Below are positions 51,329 through 64,000 of a stretch of 64,000 bases of DNA, piece by piece. A program made the translations under genes and the position numbers. Within the stretch, counting starts at the first letter, position 1. Each line of letters opens with the position of its first letter. The stretch comes from Moniliella sp. 'wahieum'. Its lineage: Eukaryota. The stretch spans positions 62,001-126,000 of the forward strand of contig RSEE01000006.1 in assembly GCA_003971905.1 (NCBI GenBank). Direction: 5' to 3'. The notes under the pieces were generated by a model. It worked only from the letters and a program-made list of their open reading frames with translations. It was not told the DNA's origin and made no database searches.

Positions 51329-54300
51329 TCATGTCGATGAGGGACTAGGGAGGATCGAGGAGGGCTGAGCCCTCAGGCTGAGGACTTGGTACGTAGTACG
51401 TAGCGCCTGTGCTTGGCGCGCAGCGCGGTAAGGACTAAGTAGCAAGCGGGAACGCCGGTTGCACAGCACCCCGGATTCCGGCACGACTGCAGCCGCCTGT
51501 TCTTGCCCCGGCTGCGCCGTTTGGTCTTGACGGCCGACGGCTGGATGGCCACCAAAGGGGCGAAGCATGCGTGCCGCAATTCGAGCACACTTGGTCCATC
51601 AGCTTGGACCCCCACCGAGGCGCGTCCCGGTCAGGAGAGACGTGCTGGTCCTGCGTCGCGGGCAACGTAAACAGCCCCGGGGGGAACATGTGACTGTACC
51701 GTCCCAGCGCACGAAGCAGCGGGTAGTCGGCCGGTCCACAAGGCACAGCGTCTACCACCGCTCCGCCCGTCCATCCTTTCTCCGTGTCCAGCACCTCGTC
51801 CATCTCCACGTCCGACTCGTCGGCATCGAACGGAAGGGGACTCGGTAGTGGCGCAGCGTACGGCGGTGGCAGACCCGGACTTTGCTGTTGGCTGCCATAA
51901 AGATGGTAACATGGGACGCCACGTTTCGGGATCCAGTCGTTCAACGCGTAAATCCGCTTGTCCTGCAGGGCGATCGCGTGGTCCGGACAGCACGTCAGTT
52001 CTTGTACCCTCCCCGACTCGTAGTTGAACCGGTGAGCTTGGAGCGACCTCCATCTTCTTCGTCTTCTCCTGCTTCTTCTTCTCTGGCTGACGCATCCTTT
52101 TCTTCCTTCGCTTCATGTTGCTCCTTTGTCGTTTCGCTTGGCTGCCGTGAGGAGCAGAGGGCCTCTCTCGAACCAGCTTCGCCTAGACCCCTTCCTCCCC
52201 GGCCGCGGATGCGCGCGGCAAAATCTCAAAACCAAGCATGTACCCCGTGGGCTTGGTGTTGCGTCGTTCGGGCGGATGACGAACCTGCTGCGCCCACGCA
52301 CACGATACATGGAACTTACGCCACCCCTCGGCCGAACACTCGACACATGCGCCCGTCGGTCGATGGCAAATCTCGCACAAGGCACGGTAGCGACGACATG
52401 GGCAGCGTGCCCACCCCTTCCACCGGACCGTAGCGCGTCACATCGCCCACCGTACAGCCATGCATAAACACGCGCACCACCAGGTGCACCCAGTTGTTTC
52501 GTTCTGTCGGCTTGACACGTCCAGCATCCGGCCTCGGCGGCGGGCGGAACATAACAGGCATGTGCGCCGCAAAGAACCCGCCACTTTGTGGTGCCCCGGC
52601 CCCGGAGGAGTAGGGCAGCAGGCGCGGAACCCGGTGGTCCAGAAGGCGCGCGCACAGGTAGCGCGCAGGCCCAGCCCTGGCAACAGAGGCGCAGGACTTG
52701 CGTGGCTGTTCCAGTTCTTCTCGATTGGGCGAGGCAGCGGCAGCCGACGTGCCAAGCAGGCCTGGTGAACCTTGGTGTGGGCCCGGCGTGGGACCGGCCG
52801 AGGAAGGGCGATCCCAGGATTTACTCGTCGTCGAACCAGGCGAGATGGCCGGCGAAGGCGAGGTGGGGAAGGCCGATGACGGCACAGCGGTCGCCTTGAG
52901 CGGTCCGGATGCCGGGGCCGGAGTAGCGGGCGAGGCCTGCCAGGCTGGGCAGCAACGGACGGAGGAGGGGCGAAGAAGGCGCGTAGCCAGGCAGAGGGGG
53001 CATGTTGCTTCCCGGGGGCGGCGGCCATGGCACCATTCAAGGGAACGAGGGGCGGCGGCCCAGGCAATGGGAACGGCACCGTACCTGGTGGTGGCGGCGG
53101 AGGGAACTGGCCCGGCGGGAAGGGAGGCATGGGGTACTGGGGGAAGACGAGCATGCTGCCCTGCGGTGGCATGCCGTGTGCCGGGGTAGGAAGGACCATG
53201 CCGGGAGGCGGGAAGCCAGGAGGGAACCGGTACGGGAGTTGGCTGTCGAGCATGGGACTGGGCTGTACGCCGCACAACATGCACTTGGGCACCAACGACT
53301 CGTTTGGATGGACCAAGTTGGCACACATGTCGCACGTCCAGCTCTCGGCGGCCACCGCTGCGCTGTCCAGGCCATAGCAGAGCGGATGCGCACTGAGGCC
53401 ACAGTGGGTGCACTGCACTAGCTGCGCCACGGGCTCCAGCCGTGCGCACACGGCGCATGGCGGCAGCGGCGGCAAGGGCGTGGGCAGACTTGGTCCCAGC
53501 TGCGCCCGGGCACGACGCGGTGAGGCGTGCCAGATGCCGGTGGGGGCACGTGGCCCAGAGCAGGCGGGATGGCAGCAGGGGTGCCCGCGCCCTGGGCGCC
53601 GGCCACGGTCGCATGCGGTGGTCCGGACAGCACTGCCGCCGCTCCGCCCGGCAAGGCCGGAGGGAGAGGCGACGGCGTTGGGCGGGAGCGAGAGGTGGAC
53701 TTGGAGCGGCGGGCGGTGAGGAAAGACCGAGCGCCTCTAGGCGGTCGAGTGCGTTTGGCATGGGCCGCATCCGGCAGGGCACCGAGCGAAGCGGGCGTGC
53801 CGACAGCCAGTGGGGACGGGGTAAACGGTTCGGGCGAGCCGGGCGTCGCTGCCGCCGGCGACGGCTCGTCGCGGTGGACAGCAGGTGAGCTCGGTGGGAC
53901 AGGAGTCTCCTTCTTGGCTTTGGCCGCGGGTGATGGTTTGCTGGGCGACGGCTTAGCAGGCGGCGTGGCGGCCGCGGCGGCGACGCGGCAGCGGCCTGGC
54001 GGGTAGAGCGGCGGGTGCGCAGACCGCGTCGGCCAATTCGGCCCGGCGAGTCGGCCGAGTCTTCCGCGACCTCGTCGTCCAGGCGAGGCACCTTGACGCC
54101 GAGGCCGCTGTCCTCCTGAGGCGCGGCGCGTTTGTGGGCGTTGGTGCGGGCGTCGATCTGGGACGCCTCGGCTGCATACTTGCGCCAGTGCAAGCCACAG
54201 TCAATGCACAGTGCCGGGTTGGGCCACACGGCACGGCCACGGAACCAGCGCGGGCTGCGGTGCGTATGGCACACGGAGCAGGTGAACATGTCCGACTCGC

Positions 54301-57300
54301 TCTGGTTCCCCCGCATGTACGACTCGGCCGCGTTGGGAGCAACAAGCATATTGAAGGGCCGGATGATTTCGTTGGCCGTCTTCATGTCGCCTTTGAGGCG
54401 GGCATCCCACGCAGGCTTGTAGTAGCGCGGGCCGCGCTGGAGGTAATACCCGCGCACCAAGTCTCCGTAAAACTTGGATGGAATCATCCGCTTCAGCTCG
54501 GGGAGATTGAGGTCTTTGCGGGCATGCGTTTGGAGGATGCGCATCTCGTTGTCGGTCCAGTCTGCCAGGCGGAAGTCCTCCGGCCTCGACTCGGAGAAGA
54601 GGCTCAGCGCGCGCGCCACATTAGAGCCGTCCTTGAGTGCGGTGGCCAACAGACAGAGGGCACGATTGAAGATGTCCGTATCAGAGATTTTGAGGGGCAA
54701 GCTGCTGTTCTTGTCGAGCGAGCGCTGGGCCAAAGTCAGATAGGTGGTTACTGCAAGTGGGGGCAAGAAAACGGTGTTAGTACAAGCGCCAAGACAGACA
54801 TGAGAGGACCACATACAGATCTTGTCCGGCACGGGCAACTGAGGCGACCAGAGAAGCTTCACAACCTCATCCGATCCCCGGTCCGGCCACGGCGTACGGT
54901 CTGGCACGGGTGTCAAGTCAGGCAAGTCAAGGTGCTTCTGGTGCAGCGCGCGAGCTCCTCCCCGCCCGCGCGGTACGCTCCACGGCCCCGTCCACGGCCA
55001 CGACCACGACCACGACCACGGCCACGACCCCGCCCTCTGCCCCTTCCACGTCCCCGACCACCTCGGGTGCTTGCAACAGGGGGTTCGGGGGGCGGGGCAA
55101 CCGGGTAGCATCTGGTTCGGACGGGGCTGGGTGAGCGTCAGCAGCGGCAGCAACCTGGATGGCGGGAACAGAAGCTGGTGCGGGCGACAAAGCGGCGGTA
55201 GATTCTGCCATGGCCAACTCTGGAGCAGCGGCAGGTGTTCCCCCCTCATTGTCCATGTCTCCCTCCGCATCGTCACTCTCCGGTTCTCGGTCGGCATCGG
55301 CCTCATCGGCCTCGCCATCCGCATCACCATCTGCGTCTCCATCCGCATCGCCTTCCACCGCCATCGGTGTGGCGGTGGCTTGTGAGCCCGGCTTCTCCGG
55401 GGAACCCAACAGTGATGGTGTAGCGGGCCGGAACTGCTGCGAGGGGGCCATGGCCGAAGTGGGGGGCATCTGGACCAGACCCGGTACCGATTCCGTCTCG
55501 TCTCCATCGGTTGAACTTGGGGCGCTGTCATTGGCGTTTGCAATCTCCGACAGACGCAGGTCAGCTGGGCGGAAGGGCGCATGGGCAGCCGCACTAGGCT
55601 TTGCATTTACGGGCGTGGTGGCCCGGGAGGTAAGGGGCTCATCGCGTTGGTATGCGTCCTCGGTCGAATGCGCAACCACAGCAAGCGTACTTTCTGGAGC
55701 GGCTTTGGTGCTCATTGCCTCCTCCATGTGGCCCGTGGGAGCGACGGTAGCATCCCCGCCGCGCTCGTCTGCTTCGGGAGGCCGGTTGCCCAGGCCAAAC
55801 TGGAGCTGCTCCTCCCAGGAGATGACGTTGGCTTGGTACGTCTCTCCAATACGTTGGTTGCCCGGAGGAAAGATGAGGTCGTCGGGATTGAGCGCATCGG
55901 GAGGGTAGGTTTTCTGGCCAAAGTAGCGATAGGGCCACATACGATGACACTTGACCCCGCGTGACTCGTCGAGCACAGCCCGGTCGACCCCAGTCGCATC
56001 TCGGTCGGGCGTGGCCTTGTCACGCTCCGACTCGAGTCGGGTCATGTGCCGCTTGTTCCGGGTAACGGGGGCCTGGTTCCTCGGGTTCCTGGGGGGTGTC
56101 CTTGGTGTCCTTGTCCTCCGTTTCGTCCATGGCAACTGCTGGCTCTTTGTCCTCTGCCTCGTCCGACTCCTTTTCCGCTTTCCTAAGGGGAGAGGAGACA
56201 GGATCCAGCTCGTCCTTCTTCTCTGTGGAGCTCACAGGCTCGGCCACGGGGGCACCAGGCCCAGCAGGTCTGCGTTGCAGGTCCATGAGACGCCTCGGGG
56301 GGGCTTGGCGTCGAGCGCAGGATCGGCACAGTGGATGTGCCAGAACTTGCGGCACTTGCTGCACCGCACCGAGTCGGAGCTGCATACGAGAAGAAGAGGG
56401 AGGGTCAGCAACAGCGATGGAAGTTGGGCGGGGAGGGGGCGGGGGGCGGCAAAATAATTAGGCACTAGTAATAACGAGTAGCCTGTTATTACCCCCCGCC
56501 CCCCCCCCCCCGAAGCGGAAGGGGGCAAGAACGAAATTAAATAAACGCACCTCGACGCCCACTGTTTGCACTGGTTGCAGGTTCTTGGCGCCTGGGTCAG
56601 GTCGCGCTCCAGCCCCGTCTCGAAGAAGATGAACGAGTAGCGGTCTTGGATTACCTTGACGACATCGGCCGGAGCGTTGCGAAGGAGGTGGGAGGGCATG
56701 ACATCGTAGTAGCGATGGACGTAGCGATCAAAGAGCTGAGTGAAATAAAAATGGTCTTCCTGCCGCTTGTAGGTGGCCAGATCTTGCGCCGAGCCATCGC
56801 CAATGAAGCTGCGATGGCGTACCTCGCAAAACCCACGCACAGCCTCGAGCGGAAACAGATCCTCATTGACCGTGCCCAGAAGAAGGCGCGAATCAATGGT
56901 GGCCTTGGTAAACACATCGCGCTGCCGCTGGAACAGGTTCGTTCGCACATACACCCGGTAATCGGGCGGCGGCTTTTGGGGTCCCTCTGGCGTAGCATCG
57001 GGCTCCAAGAGATAGACAAACTCCATTACTCGTCCAATCAGATATGGCTCTCCTTGGCCTGCAAACCAGGGGGCGCTGAGGTAGATAAAGTCTGGCGGAG
57101 GAGAAGGGTTAGCCAAAGGGAAGGACGAGGGGGGGGGGGGGCGCACCGTTGGGCTGAATCTGTTTCCCGTTGCTCCACTGGACCGAGGTGGGGTTGGGAG
57201 GAGGACCCTCGGGAGAGAGGCAGGAGGGGTGGCGGTGGTGGCGGTAGAGGGCAGAGGTCGGCAGGGGGTGGGCCAGTGGGGGCAGCTGCTGGAGGGGACG

Positions 57301-57498
57301 GCGCCGGCGGGGGGGAGAAGTGGATGCGGATGCGGATGCTGGCGCTGGGGGCAGCAGGCTCGCCTGGATCGGTGGGGGGGGCAGCCGCTGGATTGGGGCG
57401 GGGATGAGCGTGGGCTCAGTGGAGGGGTGGTCGGGCATGCTGAGCGAGGAGGAGGGGGGTGGGGGGGCCGCGTGGGGAGCGGCGGATGGCGAAGACAT
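51329..57498 (-). CDS. SNT2: Snt2-like chromatin protein / E3 ligase (BAH, PHD, ELM2, SANT, GATA-like and extended PHD domains); frameshifted, with introns
   Basis: BAH GEPYLIGRVMEF...QLFDRYVHRYYDV; PHD CNQC...CSKCRKFWHIHC...WTC; WPYRYFG; ELM2 RIGETYQA; CSVCHT...CIDCGLHWRKYA; PHD CAVC...CTHCGLSAHPLC; KPTERNNWVH; CSNCGTHASPLWW. Confidence 0.9.
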
Positions 57499-59579
57499 GG
57501 TGGGGGTGTGCGTGGGCGCGGCTGCGGGTGTGGGGATGTGGGTGCGGGTGGAGAGGGCGGGGCAGGAGAGGGGGGCGGAGAAGGGGACAGAAGGGAAGAA
57601 GGGGAAGCAGAAGGGGAAGCAGAAGGGGAAGCAGAAGGGGAAGCAGAAAGAAAAGGAAAAGAAAAAGGGGGCGTCGAAGGGGACGGAGACGGAGAAGGGG
57701 AACAAGAAGGAAAGCGGGACACGCAGGGGACGGCGAGGGGAAGACGACGGGGAAGGAGAAGACGCGGTCGGCGCAGTGCGCAACGAGAGCACAGACAAGC
57801 GGGGGCAGGCGCGGGGGCAGGCGGCGGCGGAAGAGGCAGCTTATAATATAGCCCAAGCGACGCTGGCTGGCTGGCTGCGATGGTGGCAGCGTTTCATAAA
57901 CCGGGGGAGGCGGCCCATCCAGGCGGCTGGCAGACACACCTCGGCCTGCACACTGCCCCTGCGCCCGCGCCTCCTGCCCGCACCACGCCACTGTCTGCAA
58001 CCTTCTCCCGCGCCTGCCGCCCCGTGCCTGTCCGCCTGGGCGCGGCTGCTATCCGAGCTGCGACGGCCGCTGCTCCCCATTCCACGCCCAGCAGGCCCAT
58101 CCTGCCCACGCCCGCCCCCGCCGCCCGCATCCTGCCCCTGCCGCATCCCGTCCCCCGCCCCGCCGATGTTCTCTCTTCCTCCTCCGGCGGGGGGCAGCCA
58201 CCGTCTCTCGGCACGCGAGATGGTCGGGGTTCCACAGCCTCCGACCGACGACACACGTCTGCCATCATGTTTCATCATCCAGTGGCACGAGCCGGCCGGC
58301 CGCCCCACCGCGCGCCATATGGCGCTCACATCCAACCAGAACCCACTCTTCTGTGTGTAACGTGTGGACGGCTTGATCCAGTACTGAGAGCTGGGTTGCC
58401 CTACTAATCTTCGCGGGTCGTATACAGAACGGCGGAGGGACATGTTATAGCGTCTCGAGGAGCGATGAGGGAGGCCTCGGAGCATCTGGGTTAGGGTGCC
58501 CCAAATGCACGAAAAAAAATCCAAAAGCCCTCAATAGTATACTGTGCGCAGCCACAGCCGTTCTGCTCGCTCCCAGCGAAGGCCGCTCTGTTGGCCCTGG
58601 TTATAACTTCAAGTCCCAAGCGGGTCTGGTGGCGTATAGACCAACTCTACACCTCGGTGGTCGAAACGCTTGCTGCATCATCACGCTCACGAGAAGACAG
58701 GTCGAGTTCAGTTCATCATTCATGCAATCCAACCCACACACAGAAGGCACCTATCGGGCTTGCCTCCATCCTCAATTCACCCGAGTCCCCCAAAGCTCGG
58801 ATGAGTATCCAGCATGGAGGGAGGTCAAAGGCTGGGCATCTCCCCATCTGTGGCGATGAAGAGCGACTCGGGCGCGGAGGAGAGCCCACGTTGAGCACGT
58901 TAATCAGCCAGGCTTAACTTGTGGCCCCCACACCGGAAGACATGTGCCCCTCGCCCGTTTCAACCACAGATGCGGAGAGGGAACAGGGAGGGCGGAATGG
59001 AGCGGAATGGACGCGGCCATTGGGTGGCAGATACGAGGGCGCGGGGGCACAGCAAATAAACTCGTTATATAGTCTGCTGCCTCGCCGCCTGAGGCCTGAC
59101 CGGCCTGACCCGAGGGTAGGCCTCTGCAGTGGTTACCGGTTACCGCTTAGCCTAGCTGAGGCCTCCTTATCATAGGCGCGATCCTACTCGCCCTGCCTCT
59201 ATGCCCGCCCTGCCGCAGTTGGCGACACAACTTACACCTCTCCTCTCTCCGCGTCCTTTCTCCCCGACTACCCCCCCGCGTCTCGCCGTCCTAGCCCCGC
59301 GCCAAGAACATTTTGCCTATTCAAAAGGACTCTTCTCCCTCAAAGTCATAGAGTAGGCGCGCTAGCCATCTTGGACGCCAGTGCCGACCTCGCATCACCC
59401 AGGTGTCACAAGCCAGCACCCCCCCGCTCCAGGCACGCCGTGTCGCCCGCTTCCCATCTGGAGCTCAGGCGAGGAGAGCGTCGTTCCGTCCTTGGCATAA
59501 TGCACTATTAGTCATACAAAACATGAATCAGCGAGAGAGGAGGTACCTCCGGTAACCACAGTTACTAGTTACTCCTACC

Positions 59580-60197
59580 AACCAGCTCGATCGATTCACG
59601 GCCCAGCTCCTTCATTTGAGCTGCGGCTCCTTTCGGTAGAATTTTCTTCGTTGGTGGGTGCTTCCTTCTGACAAAACATCATTATCGACATCACCCTTGT
59701 TCAAGTAGGGCAGAATCGTCCTTTTCGTACCATCCCATCTCATGGTTCGGTGATACTCTGGTTCCAAAAAGACGTGGGGGTCTGCAGATGGATCGTCTGG
59801 ACCACGAGACCGATACCGCCGGCGGCCAAGCCGCGCAGACGTGTGGACCGGCATCCCACCCCCACCTGGCATCATTGTGTGCAAGGTGGGAGACGCGATC
59901 CAATTCTGGAGTGCGGGTATCTACCAAAGCACGGTCCACCACGTCGCGTTGCCAGTCACCTATAGGACCACTGCAGGCTCTCAGTCGAGGTACTCGATTG
60001 CCTACTTTTCCCAGCCTGACCACGACGCTGCGCTGCAGCCACTGTCCGACCTGGTCAACGGTGCTTCGGTCTCCGTTTCCACGGGCGCGTGGCAGAGCGA
60101 ATTAGCTGCGTTCAATGCCAAGTTTACAAGCTTGCCCAAAGACCTTGTGGTTACCGGCGGCGAGTACTTGAGTGCCCCCTTGCCCGTCACGTATTGA
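59580..60197 (+). pseudogene. Decayed 2-oxoglutarate/Fe(II) oxygenase (IPNS/DIOX family), C-terminal half only
   Basis: GSVILWFQKDVGGLQ, IVCKVGDAIQFWSAGIYQSTVHHV and SRYSIAYFSQPD. No intact HxD, stops upstream, and no recognisable N-terminal domain. Confidence 0.7.
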
Positions 60198-60561
60198 ATG
60201 CATGCAGGACTTCATTAGCATCGCGCGTTGCTCTCGATTCCTCTGTTGCGTCGCACAAGAGTGTCCGAAAGGACCAGCTGATAGTAGTGGCATGGCTGAG
60301 ATGAGCTGGTAGGGCTCTAGATACAAGAAAGGGCAGGAGAAAGGCATGACAGAAATCAGTACTCTCAGTGCAGTTGCGGAAGTGCACGCCAGTAACTAGT
60401 CGGTAGAGGCTGAGGGGGAGCAGGGAGGGGCCCCGATGTTCGGTAGCAAGCGAGAAAAACCTCTACTACCACCATCGCCTCTATTCCCTCGCTGGCTCTT
60501 ACTCTCTTCAGACGCATTCTCTGCCCTCCTTGTTATCGACCCCAGCTGTCTTCAGTCCACC

Positions 60562-61084
60562 ATGGCTGGACTAGCCAAACGGGTGCTTAACGAGTGAAAG
60601 CAGCTCCAGCCGTTTATCTGCGCATGCCAGTTCGGAAGGGAGATTGGCCGGCGTGGTGGAGCTGCGTCCGTCAGATGGAACAGGACAGAACTTATTCGAA
60701 TGGAGTGCCCTTCTCCAAAGTCCAGCATCGGGCAACTACTAATGCCGATGGCCCGTTCGAACTGGCCATCTCGGGCCCCGCACCTACCCTCAAACACAAC
60801 CCAAGCGGTTCGGCCCGCGCATCTGGCACCCCCATGTGTCGTCGAAGGTGCGGAGAAGGCAACGTTGGCCGTTATACGCAGCGTGCTGACCCATCTTGGT
60901 GGCCCCCGTGAGCAGACGGGCGAGACTTGCTTGGATGTGCTACAAAGTCAATGGACGCCAGTTTGGGAAATGTAAACGTTGTGCTTGGTCTTGCTGGTGC
61001 TGCTGGACGAGCCGGAACCTGACTGGCCGCTCAATGTGGATGCAGCCAACGTGTTTACGTTTTGCGTGCGCAGGATGCGGTAGC
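60562..61084 (+). pseudogene. Ubiquitin-conjugating E2, Pex4-like, with in-frame stops; intron about 60849-60916
   Basis: MAGLAKRVLNE*KQL, RIWHPHV|TGETCLDVLQSQWTPVWEM*TL and LLDEPEPDWPLNVDAA. Stops at 60595 (TGA) and 60973 (TAA). Confidence 0.7.
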
Positions 61085-62087
61085 GTAGTGGTCGGCGTGT
61101 CATGCGTGCATGTTGCTGTGCACGTCTGAGCCAAGTAACAATTGCTCCTGTGGAGATGTAATGTGGGAGAGTTGGAGTGTGTGTGTGTTCCGCCGCAGTT
61201 GTAGCCTCAAAAGCGTCGTGGCCGTCCAAACACGTTGGGTGCTGTATCTTGAGCCCTGGGGATGTCACGCAGACTTACGTTACTGGGTTCTGGGTTGCTC
61301 TGCTTCTGGGATCGACCAGAACAGGCGGCTGGGCATTGGGAATCGGGGATTGCAACTGGTCTACAAAGCAACGGAAGGCGGGATGGGGGAAGAGACAAGT
61401 GTGCATTGAGATGGAGAAGGGCGGGATGCATGTCCAAGCAAGAAGAGGAAATCAACACTTGAAGTGTGAAGTTTTTGGTTGTTTGCGCTCCAAATTATGT
61501 GCTCCCGCTGGGGGCGTGTAGGCCAGAGCACATACTCAAACGGAGCGCAAGCTAGGCTCCATCTGGGAGCAGTCCACTGCAAGGTACTTGCAGTGGCCAG
61601 GGACGAGCCACGCACAGAGCAGAAGCTCCGCGCGGCCGTCGTTGAGCACCACGAGGATGCGCCTGGAAGCTCGCTGGTGGAGAAGAAAAAGCGCCCTTCG
61701 CACCCATCCTGGGCAGCCCCTCCCACCCCCACAATTCCGCCGTGGGATACTCCGTTCCGCCGTAGCCCTCCACTGCGAGGGTAGTGGCGGGAGGCGGCAG
61801 GCGTTACGCTTTAAAATTTAAGCCGGCAGGACCCAACGCCACATCGTGCACCACGCTGTGACGTCACTGGTGGGTCCACCAGCCCTGGCGTATCACGTGG
61901 TGATGAAGGAGTGATGTGGACGTGGGCCTGCCAGGCGAACCGCGGCGATTGTGGTCGAATGCCGAACGGGGGCAGCCAGCCGCCGAATTGGGCGCCGAGT
62001 CCCATGTCACACATCACACGTCGCACATTGCACGCACGTTCGTCTTCTTGCTGCCCGCTTCCCCCCCCACCACACCCGGCTGCCACG

Positions 62088-64000
62088 ATGACCACTGCTC
62101 CGTCGCAGGTCAAGAAGGATGCGCATCCATGGGACCGCGCTCTGCTCGAAGGGCTGATCACCAAGCGCTTTTTCTACAACCCCTCCTTTGAGATCTACGG
62201 CGGTACGTGTCCCTTGTCATCTCTTGTCTGATCTCAGATCTCAGATCTCACTTCTCACTGGCCAGCCTGCGCCTCCCCCTGTCTGCCCACTCGCCTCCTT
62301 CCGTTTCTTTGTTTCCTTGCTTTCTTTTGCCTCGCGGAGCGCTGACAGCCCGTCTTGCTCTGGTAGGTTCGGGGTCTGTACGACTATGGTCCGACGGGCG
62401 CGGCGTTGCAGGCCAACATTATCTCCGAGTGGCGCAAGCACTTTATCCTGGAAGAGGACATGCTCGAGGTCGACCCGACCATCATGACGCTTGACGAGGT
62501 ACTAAAGACGTCGGGCCACGTGGAGAAGTTCACCGACTTTATGTGCCGGATGTGAAGACGGGGACATTTTCCGTGCGGACCACTTGATTGAAGGGGTGCT
62601 AGAGGCGCGGTTAAAGGGCGATGCGGAAGCGCGTGCGTTGGAACAGGGCAAGACGATTGACAAGTCGGCCGATGCCCGGACGCCAAGGACGACAAGAAGA
62701 CAGCCAAGAAAAAGAAGATCAAGTCGACGGCGGTCAAGTTGGCAGACGAGACCAAGGCGGAGATTGAGTACGTGTTGGCGCAGATTGATAACTACACCGG
62801 CCCGCAACGGGCGAGCTGATCACCAAATTTGCCATCCGTGCCCCCGAGACGGGCAACGAGGTGACCGAACCCGTCGAGTTCAATCTCATGTTTTCCACGG
62901 AGATTGGTCCGACCGGGACGCAAAAGGGCTACCTCCGCCCCGAGACGGCGCAGGGCCACTTGTCAACTTTGCCCGCCTTCTCGAGTTTAACAATGGTCGG
63001 ATCCCCTTTGCGTCGGCGCACGTCGGCAAGTCGTTCCGCAACGAGATTAGTCCGCGGGCCGGGTTGCTGCGCGTGCGCGAATTTGTCATGGGCGAAATTG
63101 AGCACTTTGTTGATCCCGAAGACAAGAGTCATCCCCGCGCTTTGCCGAGGTGGCGCAGTTGACGCTACCGTGGCTGCCCAAGGCTACGCAAGAAGCGGGC
63201 AAGACGAGCTTACCTATGCTACCGTGGGCGATGCGGTGGCGCAGGGCATGTGCGACAACGAGACGCTGGGGTACTTGTTGCGCGGATCTGGCAGCAGTTT
63301 CTGGAAAAGATTGGCATGGACACGACCCGTATCCGTTTCCGCCAGCACATGCACAACGAAATGGCCCACTATGCATCCGACTGCTGGGACGCGGAAATCA
63401 AAACGTCGTATGGTGGATCGAATGTGTGGGCTGTGCAGACCGAAGCGCGTACGACCTTACGGTCCACGCTCGTACATAAGAAGGACCTCGGTGCACCAGC
63501 TCTTGACCGAGCCCAAGGTGTACGAAAAGTACATTCCTACTCTCAACAAGAAACTGCTCGGTCCCAAATTCAAAAAGGACGCCAAGGCAGTGGAGGAGCA
63601 GATTCTTGAGATGGACCAAGCCCAGCTCGAACGCTTGGCCCACGCCCTCCAAGCGTGCCAAGCCACGATCACCGTCGGTGGCCAAGAGCGGGAGTTGAGC
63701 TCGGACTTGGTCACGGTGGAGCACAAGACAGTCAAGGAGCACACGCGGACGTACGTACCGAATGTGATTGAGCCTTCGTTTGGCATGGGCCGGATTTTCT
63801 ATGCCTTGCTCGAGCATGCGTTTTGGTCGCGCGAGGAGGATGCGCAGCGTGGCGTGCTGAGTTTGCCTCCGCTCGTGGCACCGTTCAAGGAGCTGATCGT
63901 GCCCATTTCGTCCACCAAGGAGTTCCAGCCCTTGGTGCGCGAGGTGACGCGCAAGTTGCGTGCGGCTGGCGTCGCGAGCCGGGTGGACGATAGCAATGCG
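62088..64000 (+). CDS. GRS1: Glycyl-tRNA synthetase (eukaryotic alpha2 type); intron 62203-62366; runs off the window end; frameshifted
   Basis: [72 protein letters not shown] and VIEPSFG. Confidence 0.97.

Noticed and set aside
4025..64000. Frameshifts in hexokinase, SSC1, CDC3, RPS19, ADE4, GRS1 and others as programmed frameshifting or mass pseudogenisation
   Set aside because: They affect essential genes indiscriminately and are mostly single-base indels, which is typical of long-read consensus error
1..64000. tRNA, rRNA, snoRNA genes or TTAGGG telomeric arrays
   Set aside because: None recognisable by eye; tRNAscan-SE or Infernal would be needed to exclude small RNAs

Overview
GC-rich, gene-dense, intron-poor fungal genomic DNA, probably a basidiomycete of the Ustilaginomycotina type (inferred from gene content and GTRHGT/CTRAC/YAG introns). 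Nearly every conserved gene carries several 1-bp indels, so this looks like an unpolished long-read assembly and CDS coordinates are approximate gene spans. Recognisable genes are an F-box/LRR protein, hexokinase, GET4, CAF16, the septin CDC3, mitochondrial Hsp70 (SSC1), COQ6, VPS16, an MDL1-type ABC half-transporter, a thiol/halide methyltransferase, a PPS1 phosphatase, RPS19, ADE4, a bZIP factor, SNT2 and GRS1 (truncated by the window end), plus three lineage-specific ORFs. Non-genic structure includes a clean 854-bp solo LTR with a 5-bp target-site duplication and a strong TpA excess, decayed amidase, 2OG-oxygenase and PEX4-like relics, a 22-copy 9-bp tandem repeat, and a recurrent intergenic motif TGTGACATGTG. 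I see no clearly novel multi-gene system. The best leads are the recurrent cis-motif, the possible RIP-like mutation signature, and a small spliced RGG protein with an MPLKIP-like motif.
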